Assembly (NCBI GenBank): GCA_977017645.1
Contig: OZ360227.1
Span: forward strand, 40,114,001-40,178,000
DNA length: 64,000 nt
Direction: 5' to 3'
From: Torpedo marmorata
Lineage: Eukaryota
This document shows positions 63,263 through 64,000 of this stretch, in pieces. Under the pieces are notes generated by a model. It did no database searches. It saw only the letters and a program-made list of their open reading frames with translations, and was not told the DNA's origin. Made by a program: the position numbers and the translations under genes. Position 1 is the stretch's first letter; the number at the start of each line of letters is the position of its first letter.

Positions 63263-63785
63263 TTAACATGGGGGAAAAAATCCACAGAAGGGAATCTTGG
63301 CTTGTCAAATCTACTGGGATTTTTGTTTGAAGGTGTAAATATCAGACGAGGAAAAAATCTGGGGCGGCACGGTTGTCGTAGCAGTTAGCTCAACTCCATT
63401 ACAGTGCTAGCGATCGGGACTGGGGTTCGAATCCCGCACTGTCTGTAAGGAGTTGGTACGTTCTCCCTGTGTCTGCGTGGGTTTTCCCTGGGGGCTCCGG
63501 TTTCCTCCCACAGTTCGAAACATACCGGGAGATTAGGTTAATTGGGTATAAATTGGGCGGCACGGACTAGTGGGCCGAAATGGCCTGTTACCGTGCTGTA
63601 TGTCTAAATTAAAAAAATTTAATTTAAAACTTTACATCACTTCCACGGCAAGCATGTCCTTTCCAAATTCAAATTACTGCCGATGCTCCCACTGTTCGAA
63701 ACGTACCGGGGGTGTAGGTTAATTGGGTGTAATTGGGCGGCACGGACTGTTACCGTGCTGTATGTCTTAAAAAAAAAAAAAAAAA

Positions 63786-64000
63786 GTGCGTCAGTACCTG
63801 TAGCAGCCATACATGCCCAGGCCATAACACCCCCCCCACCATGTTTCACTGATGAGGTGGTATGCTTTGGATCTTGGGCAGTTCCTTTACACCTCCACAC
63901 TTTCCTCTTGCCACCACTCTGATACAGGTTAATCATGGTCTCATCTGTCCACAATCCCTTTTTCCAGAATTTTGCAGGCTCTTTTAAATACTTTTTGGCA
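63786..64000 (-). mobile_element. Tc1 transposase fragment (same family as 9976-10907), runs off window
   Basis: WTDET.INLYQS.GKRKVWR..DPKHTTSSVKHGGGGVMAWACMAA.GT. Confidence 0.9.

Overview
Eukaryotic, transposon-saturated vertebrate DNA. The repeat repertoire (CR1, Rex1/Babar, L1, Penelope-like elements, V-SINEs, Tc1, pogo, BEL/Pao) points to a cartilaginous fish, probably a ray; that is inference. A CpG island (~1.8-3.2 kb) looks like a bidirectional promoter. It has a + strand first exon encoding a signal-peptide-like start (MAASFCFLFVGMQAALLSAGG, donor CG|GTAAGT). No convincing second coding exon was found, so the rest of the window is probably one very large intron. The most striking signal is a BEL/Pao LTR-retrotransposon family, present as two divergent copies (24558-32256 on +, ~16041-20813 on -). 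Its Gag starts with a SAP domain that closely matches my recollection of the host protein SLTM (SAFB family), suggesting capture of a host chromatin/RNA-surveillance domain. One copy also carries a CCA-tailed tRNA-Asp sequence in its LTR. Other notable items: a near-intact DD35D pogo/Passer-type transposon, a 5S-rRNA-derived SINE with a Rex1-like tail, minimal hammerhead ribozyme motifs in Penelope ends, and several DNA-repair-like scars (an exact 86-bp templated insert, a snap-back hairpin, and tail-less L1 patches). All homology calls come from reading motifs by eye; no searches were run.
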